A stretch of 64,000 bases of DNA from Escherichia coli (GTDB lineage: Bacteria > Pseudomonadota > Gammaproteobacteria > Enterobacterales > Enterobacteriaceae), in assembly GCF_022846255.1 (NCBI RefSeq), contig NZ_AP025682.1; one strand, 5' to 3'. Every line of letters starts with the position of its first letter. Within the stretch, counting starts at the first letter, position 1. Under the pieces are notes generated by a model. The model did no database searches. It was given only the letters and a program-made list of their open reading frames with translations, and was not told the DNA's origin. Of this stretch, positions 12,109 to 25,514 are shown in pieces. The translations under genes and the position numbers were made by a program.

Positions 12109-14259
12109 TTAACGCCGCCGACGGCGTGGGGATTTCGTTTTTTCTTTCTTTTTAACTATACCTTCAGGGACTTCCGGTTGCTCTATCGGAAATACCGGTA
12201 ATGCATCCAGTAGTCGCTTGCCATAATTTTTTGTCAGCAAGCGTTTGTCGTAGATAACCACTTCCCCCCAGCAACCGTGGCTTCGAATCAGTCGCCCAAC
12301 CTGCTGAATCAGGTTAAACGAAGCGCTCGGCAGGCTTTGCACCTCAAACGGATAGCGGTTGAGGCTTTTCAGCCATTCACCTTCGGTGATCACCACCGGG
12401 CTGTCGATGGGCGGAAAAGCGATCTTGTGGATATGCACCTGGCTGAGCAGATCGCCTTTCAGATCAAGACCTTCGGCAAAGGACTGTAAGCCCACCAGCA
12501 CGCTACGCTCACCGTTGGCAACGCGTTTGCGGTGCAGTTCAACTAAGCGATAACGTGGCTGATCGCCCTGCACCAGCAACATCAGGCGTAAATCCGTCAC
12601 ATAGTCGAGAAAGCGCTGCATCGCACGCCCGCTGGCAAACAGCACCAACATACCGAGATGTTTTTTGCTCTCCACCTGTTCACGGAAAAAGGCCGCCATT
12701 TCGGCAATGTGCTGCTCTTCGTTGTCGATGGAAGGCTCAACGCGCATCCGGGGAATAACAATTTTGCCCTGTTCACAGTGGTTAAAAGGGGAATCCAGTG
12801 CCACAAAACGGTCGCCCGCTTTCTCTTTCAGCCCACTCATCTCCTGCAAACGCGAAAAACTGTTCAGCGAACGCAAGGTTGCGGAGGTAACAATAATGTG
12901 CGGAATACTGCGCCACAGCAGCCTTTCCAGCTGATCGCTAACACGTATTCCCACGCAGTGAAACCAAAGGTGTAGCTGCCCTTCGCGCTCTTCCCGCGTC
13001 GCCCATTTGGTCACCGGCGCACCGGAAGATTGCGCCAGAGACGCCAGCCGCCAGAGTTTGCTTTGCGCCTCGAACATCCCCAATGCGCGGTTCATCTGCA
13101 AAATCAACCGATGCAGACGTACAATGTCATGGCTGCCGGTTTTCTCACTTAAATCGTTAAGAAATAACTCCGCCAGGCCACGCAGCATCTCGGTGAGTTT
13201 TGCCAGCCGCTGGCAGATCTCCAGCACTTCATCTGGCAGTTCGCCCATCGCAAAACGGTGCTCTGCCTCCTGCCCGGCAGGCATGTAGAGATTGAGAATG
13301 TTGTTTAACGAGGCGATAAGCTCATACAACTCTTCACAATGCGCATTCAAACGTTCAGGGATCGCCAGCGGCGGGATGGTCTTCGGGCGAAACTGCTCCA
13401 TGCAGGTAGCGACCAGTTTCGTGAACAAGTCCAGCTGTAGCCGATACCACGGCGCGGTGATTTCGGCGCTCATCTCCAGCGCATCCCGCGCCACATCCGG
13501 CAGGTGATGACCTTCGTCCAGCACCAGCAGTAAATTTTTCGGGTCAGGCAATACCGCTTCGCTTTCCATCGCCGCCATCACCAGCGCATGGTTTGCCACC
13601 ACCACTTCCGCTTCCTGAATTTCCCGACGAGCGACAAAAAACGGGCATTCGCGATAGTAATAACAGTTGCGGTTGAGGCAGCTGGCCTTGTCGGTACTCA
13701 AACGACGCCAGAGATCGTCATCAATGGCGATATCAGTATGATCGCGCAGACCATCCCATTTATAAGTGTCGAGATCGCCCTTCAGCTTCGCACAACGTTT
13801 TTGCTCTTCCTGATTGTTCGGCGTCAGTTCATCGTCAAGAAACGCCAGCAGATCCTGTTGCGTGGGCTCAGTGCTGGCGAGCGCTGTCAGATTACGCGGG
13901 CAAACGTAGCGCCCACGCCCAAAAGCGGCAGTGAATTTAAGATCGGGAATGATCTTTTTCAGCAGCGGTAAATCTTTGCTGTAGATCTGATCCTGCAATG
14001 CCACGTTGGCGGTACTTACCACCAGCGTTTTTTGCTCTTCGCGGGCAATGGCGATGCCGGGGATCAAATAGGAGAGCGTTTTCCCAACGCCGGTAGGGGC
14101 TTCAATCGCCAGATGCCGCCCTTCTTCTCCGGCCAGCGTTTTGGCGACGTCCGCAATCATCTGCCGCTGCGGCGCACGGGGAATAAAGTCGGGGATCTGT
14201 TCCTGAAGCGCCTTATACCAGGCGGCAATTTGCGCTTTAAGCGCGGCGGTTAATGCCAT
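12109..14259 (-). CDS. dinG: ATP-dependent DNA helicase DinG (XPD/Rad3-like Fe-S helicase)
   Basis: 716-aa ORF, Walker A APTGVGKT, DEGH box, conserved Cys cluster; LexA operator just upstream. Confidence 0.96.
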   Translation of the reverse strand: MALTAALKAQIAAWYKALQEQIPDFIPRAPQRQMIADVAKTLAGEEGRHLAIEAPTGVGKTLSYLIPGIAIAREEQKTLVVSTANVALQDQIYSKDLPLLKKIIPDLKFTAAFGRGRYVCPRNLTALASTEPTQQDLLAFLDDELTPNNQEEQKRCAKLKGDLDTYKWDGLRDHTDIAIDDDLWRRLSTDKASCLNRNCYYYRECPFFVARREIQEAEVVVANHALVMAAMESEAVLPDPKNLLLVLDEGHHLPDVARDALEMSAEITAPWYRLQLDLFTKLVATCMEQFRPKTIPPLAIPERLNAHCEELYELIASLNNILNLYMPAGQEAEHRFAMGELPDEVLEICQRLAKLTEMLRGLAELFLNDLSEKTGSHDIVRLHRLILQMNRALGMFEAQSKLWRLASLAQSSGAPVTKWATREEREGQLHLWFHCVGIRVSDQLERLLWRSIPHIIVTSATLRSLNSFSRLQEMSGLKEKAGDRFVALDSPFNHCEQGKIVIPRMRVEPSIDNEEQHIAEMAAFFREQVESKKHLGMLVLFASGRAMQRFLDYVTDLRLMLLVQGDQPRYRLVELHRKRVANGERSVLVGLQSFAEGLDLKGDLLSQVHIHKIAFPPIDSPVVITEGEWLKSLNRYPFEVQSLPSASFNLIQQVGRLIRSHGCWGEVVIYDKRLLTKNYGKRLLDALPVFPIEQPEVPEGIVKKKEKTKSPRRRRR

Positions 14260-14273
14260 GAGAAAACCTGAAA

Positions 14274-14293
14274 TACTGTATAAACAGCCAATA
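14274..14293 (-). promoter_or_regulatory. LexA (SOS) operator of dinG, asymmetric box
   Basis: Plus strand tactgtataaacagccaata; reverse complement tattggctgtttatacagta is the known asymmetric dinG SOS box, 14 nt upstream of the ATG. Confidence 0.85.
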
Positions 14294-14365
14294 TTGTGGC
14301 ATTTTTCGGTTTTCAGGGGTAATGGTTTTTCTGTTTCGGGAAAGCGGCTCGCAATAACCAGCAGG

Positions 14366-14563
14366 ATGATGCGTAAAGCGCTTCGCGCTAAATTCGAACA
14401 ACATGCAGAACTGCGTACACTCTTGCGGGCAACCGCGTCCGCAAAACTGGTTGAGCATACGCAAAATGATGCTTACTGGGGAGATGGCGGTAATGGTCAG
14501 GGCAAGAATCGCCTGGGGTACCTTTTAATGGCGTTGCGCGGACAATTGGCTGCGGAGAAGTAA
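14366..14563 (+). pseudogene. ybiA: ybiA (NADAR-family N-glycosidase) 3' remnant; 5' two-thirds absent
   Basis: ORF 14258-14563: last about 65 aa (MRKALRAKFEQHAELR...GKNRLGYLLMALRGQLAAEK) resemble the YbiA/NADAR C-terminus; the rest of the frame reads through the dinG LexA box and start codon; full-length YbiA is 160 aa as I recall. Confidence 0.6.
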
Positions 14564-14646
14564 CGCATCGGGTGGCTTGTGGGCGTTAAAACAGAGAAAT
14601 CTTTTTGCCGCGCTCGCAAATGGCTGACAAGTGCTTGTTGTGAAAT

Positions 14647-14745
14647 GCCGGATGCGGCGCGAGCGCCTTATCCGGCCTACAAAAACATGCACATTCAATA
14701 TATTGCAGAGTTCACGTAGGCCTGATAAGCGTAGCGCATCAGGCA
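14647..14745. repeat. REP elements between ybiA remnant and rhlE
   Basis: gccggatgcggcgcgagcgccttatccggcctac and gtaggcctgataagcgtagcgcatcaggca. Confidence 0.85.
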
Positions 14746-14768
14746 GTTTTGTGTTTGTCATCAGTCTC

Positions 14769-14789
14769 ATGCCGGGCATAGCCCGGCAT
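14769..14789. terminator. palindromic hairpin just downstream of rhlE (atgccgggc-ata-gcccggcat)
   Basis: Perfect 9-bp inverted repeat 7 nt past the alternative-frame rhlE stop; no clear U-tract. Confidence 0.4.
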
Positions 14790-14795
14790 AAAAGA

Positions 14796-16149
14796 TTACT
14801 GCGCAGCGGCAGGTTTACGCGGACGGCGGCGACGTTGTTGTTCGCCTGCCGGTTTGGCATCGACGAGACGGTTTTTCTGCGGGCTTCGCGTTACCAGACT
14901 TCGCACCACTTTCCGTACGGCGTGGTTGCTGTTGACCGCGACCACCGCCCTGTCCACGACCGCCGCCACGTTGCTGGCGACCGTTCTGGATCGGTTCGGC
15001 TTTGATTGACGGGTCCGGCTCATACCCCGGAATCGCAATGCGCGGGATCTCTTTTTTCAGCAGTTTTTCGATATCACGCAGCAGTTTGTGTTCATCAACA
15101 CACACCAGCGACAATGCTTCGCCAGTTGCCGCCGCACGGCCAGTACGCCCGATACGGTGAACATAATCTTCCGGTACGTTTGGTAACTCATAGTTGACGA
15201 CGTGCGGCAACTCTTCGATATCCAGACCGCGCGCAGCGATGTCAGTTGCCACCAGTACACGAATATCGCCCGATTTAAAATCGGCCAGCGCACGAGTACG
15301 CGCACCTTGCGATTTATTACCGTGGATCGCCGCACTACGGATGCCGTCTTTATTAAGCTGTTCAGCCAGATGGTTAGCGCCATGTTTGGTACGGGTAAAC
15401 ACCAGCACCTGCTGCCAGTTCCCTTTCCCAATCATATGCGACAGCAATTCGCGTTTGCGTTTCTTATCGACAAAGTGAACGTGCTGGGTCACCTGATCAG
15501 ACGCAGTATTGCGGCGTGCCACTTCGATTTCCAGCGGGTTGTGCAACAGTTTTTCCGCCAGGGCTTTAATATCGTCAGAGAAGGTCGCGGAGAACAACAG
15601 GTTCTGGCGCTTCGCTGGCAGTTTTGTTAACACGCGACGGATATCGTGGATAAAGCCCATGTCGAGCATGCGGTCAGCTTCATCAAGGACGAGGATTTCA
15701 ACCTGATCCAGCTTCACTGCATTTTGATGTTCCAGGTCCAGCAGACGTCCCGGCGTTGCCACCAGCACATCAACGCCGCCGCGCAACTTCATCATTTGTG
15801 GGTTAATGCTGACACCGCCAAACACCACCAGCGAACGAATGTTCAGATATTTGCTGTAATCACGGACGTTTTCGCCAATCTGCGCCGCCAGTTCACGGGT
15901 CGGGGTAAGAATGAGCGCGCGTACCGGACGACGCCCTTTGGCGTGCGGCTGGCGAGTGATCAGGTGTTGCAACAACGGCAGCGTAAAGCCCGCTGTTTTG
16001 CCGGTACCGGTCTGGGCGCTGGCCATCAGGTCGCGGCCTTCCAGCACCGCAGGGATCGCCTGCTGCTGAATAGGGGTGGGTTCACGGTAACCCTGCTCGG
16101 CAACGGCGCGCAGGATATCAGGGCTTAAACCCAAAGAATCGAAAGACAT
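14796..16149 (-). CDS. rhlE: ATP-dependent RNA helicase RhlE (DEAD-box), C-terminal tail frameshifted
   Basis: ORF 14815-16149 (444 aa) has Q motif, [23 protein letters not shown]; the RhlE-like basic terminus ...[20 protein letters not shown] is in a different frame (ORF 14796-15038). Confidence 0.85.
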
Positions 16150-16342
16150 AACTACTCCGAACCGCCCCGACCGTTACCGGTGTAGTTTTCAGGGAGATAC
16201 TGAAAAGGAAAATGACAAAAACCACAATGTCATGAGGGAGCGGAGTGTAGCAGTTTTTGTGACGCAGCGCATAAATTATCCCTGTGACTGGCGTAGCTAA
16301 AATTCTTAGCCATACTGGACAACTCCCCTATGGAGTCATAAT

Positions 16343-16364
16343 CTTAATCAATCATTTGATTAAG
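16343..16364 (+). promoter_or_regulatory. candidate CecR (YbiH) operator: perfect inverted repeat cttaatcaa-tcat-ttgattaag
   Basis: 9-bp perfect inverted repeat with 4-bp spacer immediately upstream of and overlapping the cecR start; typical TetR-family autoregulatory operator. Confidence 0.55.
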
Positions 16365-16377
16365 AATGGACTGTGCG

Positions 16378-19768
<3,391 letters not shown>

Positions 19769-19776
<8 letters not shown>

Positions 19777-20902
19777 TCCGATCCTGTCCTGGCGTCGCGT
19801 GCGGGCGCTGTGCGTCAAAGAGACGCGGCAGATCGTTCGCGATCCGAGTAGCTGGCTGATTGCGGTGGTGATCCCGCTGCTACTGCTGTTTATTTTTGGT
19901 TACGGCATTAACCTCGACTCCAGCAAGCTGCGGGTCGGGATTTTACTGGAACAGCGTAGCGAAGCGGCGCTGGATTTCACCCACACCATGACCGGTTCGC
20001 CCTACATCGACGCCACCATCAGCGATAACCGTCAGGAATTGATCGCCAAAATGCAGGCGGGGAAAATTCGCGGTCTGGTGGTTATTCCCGTGGATTTCGC
20101 CGAACAGATGGAGCGCGCCAACGCCACCGCACCGATTCAGGTGATCACCGACGGCAGTGAGCCGAATACCGCTAACTTTGTGCAGGGGTATGTCGAAGGG
20201 ATCTGGCAGATCTGGCAAATGCAGCGAGCGGAGGATAACGGGCAGACTTTTGAACCGCTTATTGATGTACAAACCCGCTACTGGTTTAACCCGGCGGCGA
20301 TTAGCCAGCACTTTATTATCCCCGGTGCGGTGACCATTATCATGACGGTCATCGGCGCGATTCTCACCTCGCTGGTGGTGGCGCGAGAATGGGAACGCGG
20401 CACCATGGAGGCTCTGCTCTCTACGGAGATTACCCGCACGGAGCTGCTGCTGTGTAAGCTGATCCCTTATTACTTTCTCGGGATGCTGGCGATGTTGCTA
20501 TGTATGCTGGTGTCGGTGTTTATTCTCGGCGTGCCGTATCGCGGGTCGCTGCTGATTCTGTTTTTTATCTCCAGCCTATTTTTACTCAGTACCCTGGGGA
20601 TGGGGCTGCTGATTTCCACGATTACCCGCAACCAGTTCAACGCCGCTCAGGTGGCCCTGAACGCGGCTTTTCTGCCGTCGATTATGCTTTCCGGCTTTAT
20701 ATTTCAGATAGACAGTATGCCCGCGGTGATCCGCGCGGTGACGTACATTATTCCCGCACGTTATTTCGTCAGCACCCTGCAAAGCCTGTTCCTCGCCGGG
20801 AATATTCCAGTGGTGCTGATAGTGAACGTGCTGTTTTTGATCGCTTCGGCGGTGATGTTTATCGGCCTGACGTGGCTGAAAACCAAACGTCGGCTGGATT
20901 AG
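19769..20902 (+). CDS. ybhS: ABC-2 type transporter permease YbhS
   Basis: ORF track 19763-20902; 377 aa from MSNPILSW; ABC-2 permease topology. Confidence 0.92.
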
Positions 20903-20912
20903 GGAGAAGAGC

Positions 20913-22019
20913 ATGTTTCATCGCTTATGGACGTTAATCCGCAAAGAGTTGCAGTCGCTGCTGCGCGAACCGCAAACCCGCGCAATTCTGATTTTACCCG
21001 TGCTGATTCAGGTGATCCTGTTCCCGTTCGCCGCCACGCTGGAAGTGACCAACGCCACCATCGCCATCTACGATGAAGATAACGGCGAGCACTCGGTAGA
21101 ACTTACTCAACGTTTTGCCCGCGCCAGCGCCTTTACCCATGTGCTGCTGCTGAAAAGCCCGCAGGAGATCCGCCCGACCATCGACACACAAAAGGCGTTA
21201 CTACTGGTGCGTTTCCCGGCTGACTTCTCGCGCAAACTGGATACCTTCCAGACCGCGCCGTTGCAGTTGATCCTCGACGGGCGTAACTCCAACAGTGCGC
21301 AAATTGCCGCCAACTACCTGCAACAGATCGTCAAAAATTATCAGCAGGAGCTGCTGGAAGGAAAACCGAAACCCAACAACAGCGAGCTGGTGGTACGCAA
21401 CTGGTATAACCCGAATCTCGACTACAAATGGTTTGTGGTGCCGTCGCTGATCGCCATGATCACCACTATCGGCGTAATGATCGTCACTTCACTTTCCGTC
21501 GCCCGCGAACGTGAACAAGGTACGCTCGATCAGTTGCTGGTTTCGCCCCTCACCACCTGGCAGATATTCATCGGCAAAGCCGTACCGGCATTAATTGTCG
21601 CCACCTTCCAGGCCACCATTGTGCTGGCGATTGGTATCTGGGCGTATCAAATCCCCTTCGCCGGATCGCTGGCGCTGTTCTACTTCACGATGGTGATTTA
21701 CGGTTTATCGCTGGTGGGATTCGGTCTGTTGATTTCATCACTCTGTTCAACACAACAGCAGGCGTTTATCGGCGTGTTTGTCTTTATGATGCCCGCCATT
21801 CTCCTTTCCGGTTACGTTTCGCCGGTGGAAAACATGCCAGTGTGGCTGCAAAATCTGACGTGGATTAACCCTATTCGCCACTTTACGGACATTACCAAGC
21901 AGATTTATTTGAAGGATGCGAGTCTGGATATTGTGTGGAATAGTTTGTGGCCGCTACTGGTGATAACGGCCACGACAGGGTCAGCGGCGTACGCGATGTT
22001 TAGACGTAAGGTGATGTAA
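20913..22019 (+). CDS. ybhR: ABC-2 type transporter permease YbhR
   Basis: 368-aa ORF, paralogous to YbhS. Confidence 0.92.
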
Positions 22020-22391
22020 CTTCTTATCTTTCGCCAGCAAAGACACTACCGCAGGGCCGGCAAGGATTGCCAGCCCTGCAATTGCCAGCACAAAGTTGTT
22101 TTCCAGTACGCGGGACAACAGCCACAGAACAATCAGCGCTGCGCCAAAATACCAGGTCGTGGTCAGCTCTTCCAGCACGTCTGCCACCTCACGCCAGCGT
22201 TGCTCGGGGTGGCGCTGAAACACCAGCATCATCACTACCGTGACACAATACAGTGCGCATAATCCTACGCCGACGTGAACCAGAGTTTTACTCATCCAGC
22301 CCACCACCAGCAGCGCCACTACCAGTAAATGCAACATAATCTGCCAGCAACTTAGGCCAGTTGCGACACGAACACGTTGTTGCCACTTCAT
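21981..22391 (-). CDS. ybhQ: inner membrane protein YbhQ
   Basis: 136-aa hydrophobic ORF convergent with and overlapping the ybhR 3' end. Confidence 0.85.
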
Positions 22392-22439
22392 GGCTTCTCT
22401 CCTGAAGAATTTATCTCTACTTATTCAGAGTACCGAACT

Positions 22440-22457
22440 TTACGGAAAATTCCGTAA
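22440..22457. promoter_or_regulatory. perfect inverted repeat ttacggaa-aa-ttccgtaa in the divergent ybhQ/ybhP promoter region
   Basis: 8-bp perfect arms with 2-bp spacer; 49 nt upstream of ybhQ and 67 nt upstream of ybhP; binding factor unknown. Confidence 0.4.
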
Positions 22458-22523
22458 GACCGCACCTTTTTGTGACGCCGACTACACTATTTCAATGAGA
22501 TAAGAGGCAAAGACAGGAAAATT

Positions 22524-23285
22524 ATGCCCGATCAAACACAACAATTTTCGTTCAAGGTGCTCACCATCAATATTCACAAAGGCTTTACCGCGTTTAACCG
22601 ACGCTTCATTTTGCCGGAACTTCGCGACGCCGTGCGTACCGTCAGCGCCGATATTGTTTGCCTGCAGGAAGTGATGGGCGCGCACGAAGTTCATCCGCTG
22701 CATGTGGAAAACTGGCCCGATACCTCGCACTACGAGTTTCTCGCCGACACCATGTGGAGCGATTTCGCCTACGGTCGCAATGCCGTATACCCGGAAGGAC
22801 ATCACGGTAACGCCGTTCTTTCACGTTATCCCATTGAACATTATGAGAATCGTGATGTTTCGGTCGATGGTGCGGAAAAGCGCGGCGTGCTCTACTGCCG
22901 CATTGTGCCGCCGATGACCGGGAAAGCGATTCATGTGATGTGCGTACATCTGGGCCTGCGTGAGGCGCACCGTCAGGCGCAGCTTGCGATGCTCGCCGAA
23001 TGGGTGAATGAGCTACCGGACGGCGAACCGGTATTGGTAGCGGGTGATTTCAACGACTGGCGGCAAAAAGCTAATCATCCGTTAAAAGTGCAGGCCGGGC
23101 TGGATGAGATTTTTACCCGCGCCCACGGACGCCCGGCGCGCACGTTTCCGGTGCAATTTCCTCTACTACGTCTGGACAGGATCTACGTCAAAAATGCCAG
23201 CGCCAGCGCGCCAACCGCGTTGCCGCTGCGGACATGGCGACACCTTTCTGATCATGCCCCTTTAAGTGCGGAGATTCATTTATGA
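22524..23285 (+). CDS. ybhP: endonuclease/exonuclease/phosphatase (EEP) family protein YbhP
   Basis: 253-aa ORF with EEP-like motifs; first gene of ybhP-clsB-ybhN. Confidence 0.9.
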
Positions 23286-24523
23286 AATGTAGCTGGCGCG
23301 AAGGCAATAAGATCCAGTTGCTGGAAAACGGCGAGCAATATTATCCCGCGGTGTTTAAGGCGATTGGCGAGGCGCAAGAACGCATCATTCTTGAAACGTT
23401 TATCTGGTTTGAGGATGACGTCGGCAAACAGCTGCATGCGGCGCTATTGGCAGCAGCGCAACGCGGGGTAAAAGCGGAAGTCTTGCTGGATGGCTACGGT
23501 TCGCCGGATCTCAGCGATGAGTTTGTCAATGAACTGACGGCAGCTGGCGTGGTGTTCCGCTACTACGATCCCCGCCCTCGCCTTTTTGGTATGCGCACCA
23601 ATGTGTTTCGCCGGATGCATCGCAAAATTGTGGTGATCGACGCGCGTATCGCCTTTATTGGCGGGCTGAATTACTCCGTCGAGCATATGTCCAGCTACGG
23701 CCCGGAGGCCAAACAGGATTACGCGGTACGCCTCGAAGGGCCGATTGTCGAAGATATTCTCCAGTTTGAGCTGGAAAACCTGCCAGGACAAAGCGCGGCG
23801 CGACGCTGGTGGCGACGTCATCATAAAGCGGAAGAGAACCGCCAGCCGGGAGAAGCGCAGGTATTGCTGGTCTGGCGCGATAACGAAGAACATCGCGATG
23901 ATATCGAACGTCACTATCTGAAAATGCTCACTCAGGCGCGGCGGGAAGTGATTATCGCCAACGCCTACTTCTTCCCCGGCTATCGTTTTTTACACGCCTT
24001 GCGTAAAGCGGCACGGCGCGGGGTGCGGATCAAACTGATCATTCAGGGCGAACCGGATATGCCGATTGTCAGAGTCGGCGCGCGTTTGCTGTATAACTAT
24101 CTGGTTAAAGGTGGCGTTCAGGTGTTTGAGTACCGCCGCCGCCCGCTCCACGGCAAAGTGGCATTGATGGACGATCACTGGGCGACAGTAGGGTCCAGTA
24201 ATCTCGATCCGCTCAGTTTGTCACTGAATCTCGAAGCAAATGTCATCATCCACGATCGTAATTTTAACCAGACGCTGCGCGATAATCTGAACGGCATTAT
24301 CGCCGCAGATTGTCAGCAGGTCGATGAGACCATGCTGCCGAAACGCACCTGGTGGAACCTGACCAAAAGCGTGCTGGCGTTCCACTTTTTACGCCACTTC
24401 CCGGCGCTGGTGGGCTGGCTTCCGGCGCACACGCCACGTCTGGCGCAGGTTGATCCCCCCGCACAACCGACAATGGAAACGCAGGATCGGGTAGAAACTG
24501 AAAACACGGGGGTAAAACCCTGA
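23282..24523 (+). CDS. clsB: cardiolipin synthase B (phospholipase D family)
   Basis: 413-aa ORF with two HxK(x)4D motifs (HRKIVVID..., HGKVALMDD...); 4-nt overlap with ybhP. Confidence 0.95.
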
Positions 24524-25479
24524 TGAGTAAATCACACCCGCGCTGGCGCTTAGCAAAGAAGATCCTCACCTGGCTGTTTTTTATCGCGGTGATTGTGTTG
24601 CTGGTGGTCTACGCCAAAAAAGTGGACTGGGAAGAGGTCTGGAAGGTCATCCGCGACTACAATCGCGTTGCGCTGCTTAGTGCGGTCGGGCTGGTGGTCG
24701 TCAGTTATCTGATTTACGGTTGCTACGACCTGCTCGCCCGTTTCTACTGCGGTCACAAACTGGCGAAGCGCCAGGTGATGCTGGTGTCGTTTATCTGCTA
24801 CGCCTTCAACCTGACACTCAGTACCTGGGTCGGCGGCATTGGTATGCGCTATCGTTTGTACTCCCGACTGGGGTTACCGGGCAGCACTATTACGCGGATT
24901 TTTTCGCTCAGTATTACCACCAACTGGCTAGGCTATATTTTGCTAGCGGGGGTTATCTTTACCGCAGGCGTGGTGGAGTTGCCGGATCACTGGTATGTCG
25001 ATCAAACTACGCTGCGTATTCTCGGTATTGGCTTACTGATGATTATCGCGGTTTATTTGTGGTTTTGCGCTTTCGCGAAGCACCGCCATATGACCATCAA
25101 AGGGCAAAAGCTGGTGCTGCCTTCGTGGAAATTCGCCCTCGCCCAGATGCTGATTTCCAGCGTTAACTGGATGGTAATGGGAGCGATTATCTGGCTGTTA
25201 CTTGGTCAAAGCGTGAACTATTTCTTTGTACTGGGCGTGTTGCTGGTTAGTAGTATTGCTGGCGTCATCGTGCATATTCCGGCGGGAATTGGTGTGCTGG
25301 AAGCGGTGTTTATCGCGCTACTGGCTGGGGAGCATACCTCCAAAGGCACAATTATCGCCGCCCTGCTCGCTTACCGTGTGCTGTATTACTTTATCCCACT
25401 GCTGCTGGCGCTGATCTGTTACCTGTTGCTGGAAAGCCAGGCGAAGAAGCTACGGGCGAAAAATAAAGCGGCGATGTGA
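24523..25479 (+). CDS. ybhN: inner membrane protein YbhN (UPF0104 / LPG-synthase-TM-like)
   Basis: 318-aa polytopic membrane ORF; start overlaps the clsB stop. Confidence 0.9.
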   Translation: MSKSHPRWRLAKKILTWLFFIAVIVLLVVYAKKVDWEEVWKVIRDYNRVALLSAVGLVVVSYLIYGCYDLLARFYCGHKLAKRQVMLVSFICYAFNLTLSTWVGGIGMRYRLYSRLGLPGSTITRIFSLSITTNWLGYILLAGVIFTAGVVELPDHWYVDQTTLRILGIGLLMIIAVYLWFCAFAKHRHMTIKGQKLVLPSWKFALAQMLISSVNWMVMGAIIWLLLGQSVNYFFVLGVLLVSSIAGVIVHIPAGIGVLEAVFIALLAGEHTSKGTIIAALLAYRVLYYFIPLLLALICYLLLESQAKKLRAKNKAAM

Positions 25480-25514
25480 AGTATAGTTAAGTTCTTTAGT
25501 ATGTGCATTTACGG

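Noticed and set aside
14258-14365. N-terminal part of the 101-aa ORF 14258-14563 as a genuine protein N-terminus
   Set aside because: It is read from the antisense of the dinG start codon and LexA operator and shows no NADAR-like sequence; only the C-terminal part looks like ybiA.
14815-14900. Gly/Arg-rich repeats near the rhlE 3' end as a tandem repeat or CRISPR-like array
   Set aside because: These are short codon-level repeats encoding the low-complexity RGG-type tail of a DEAD-box helicase, not a spacer-repeat array.
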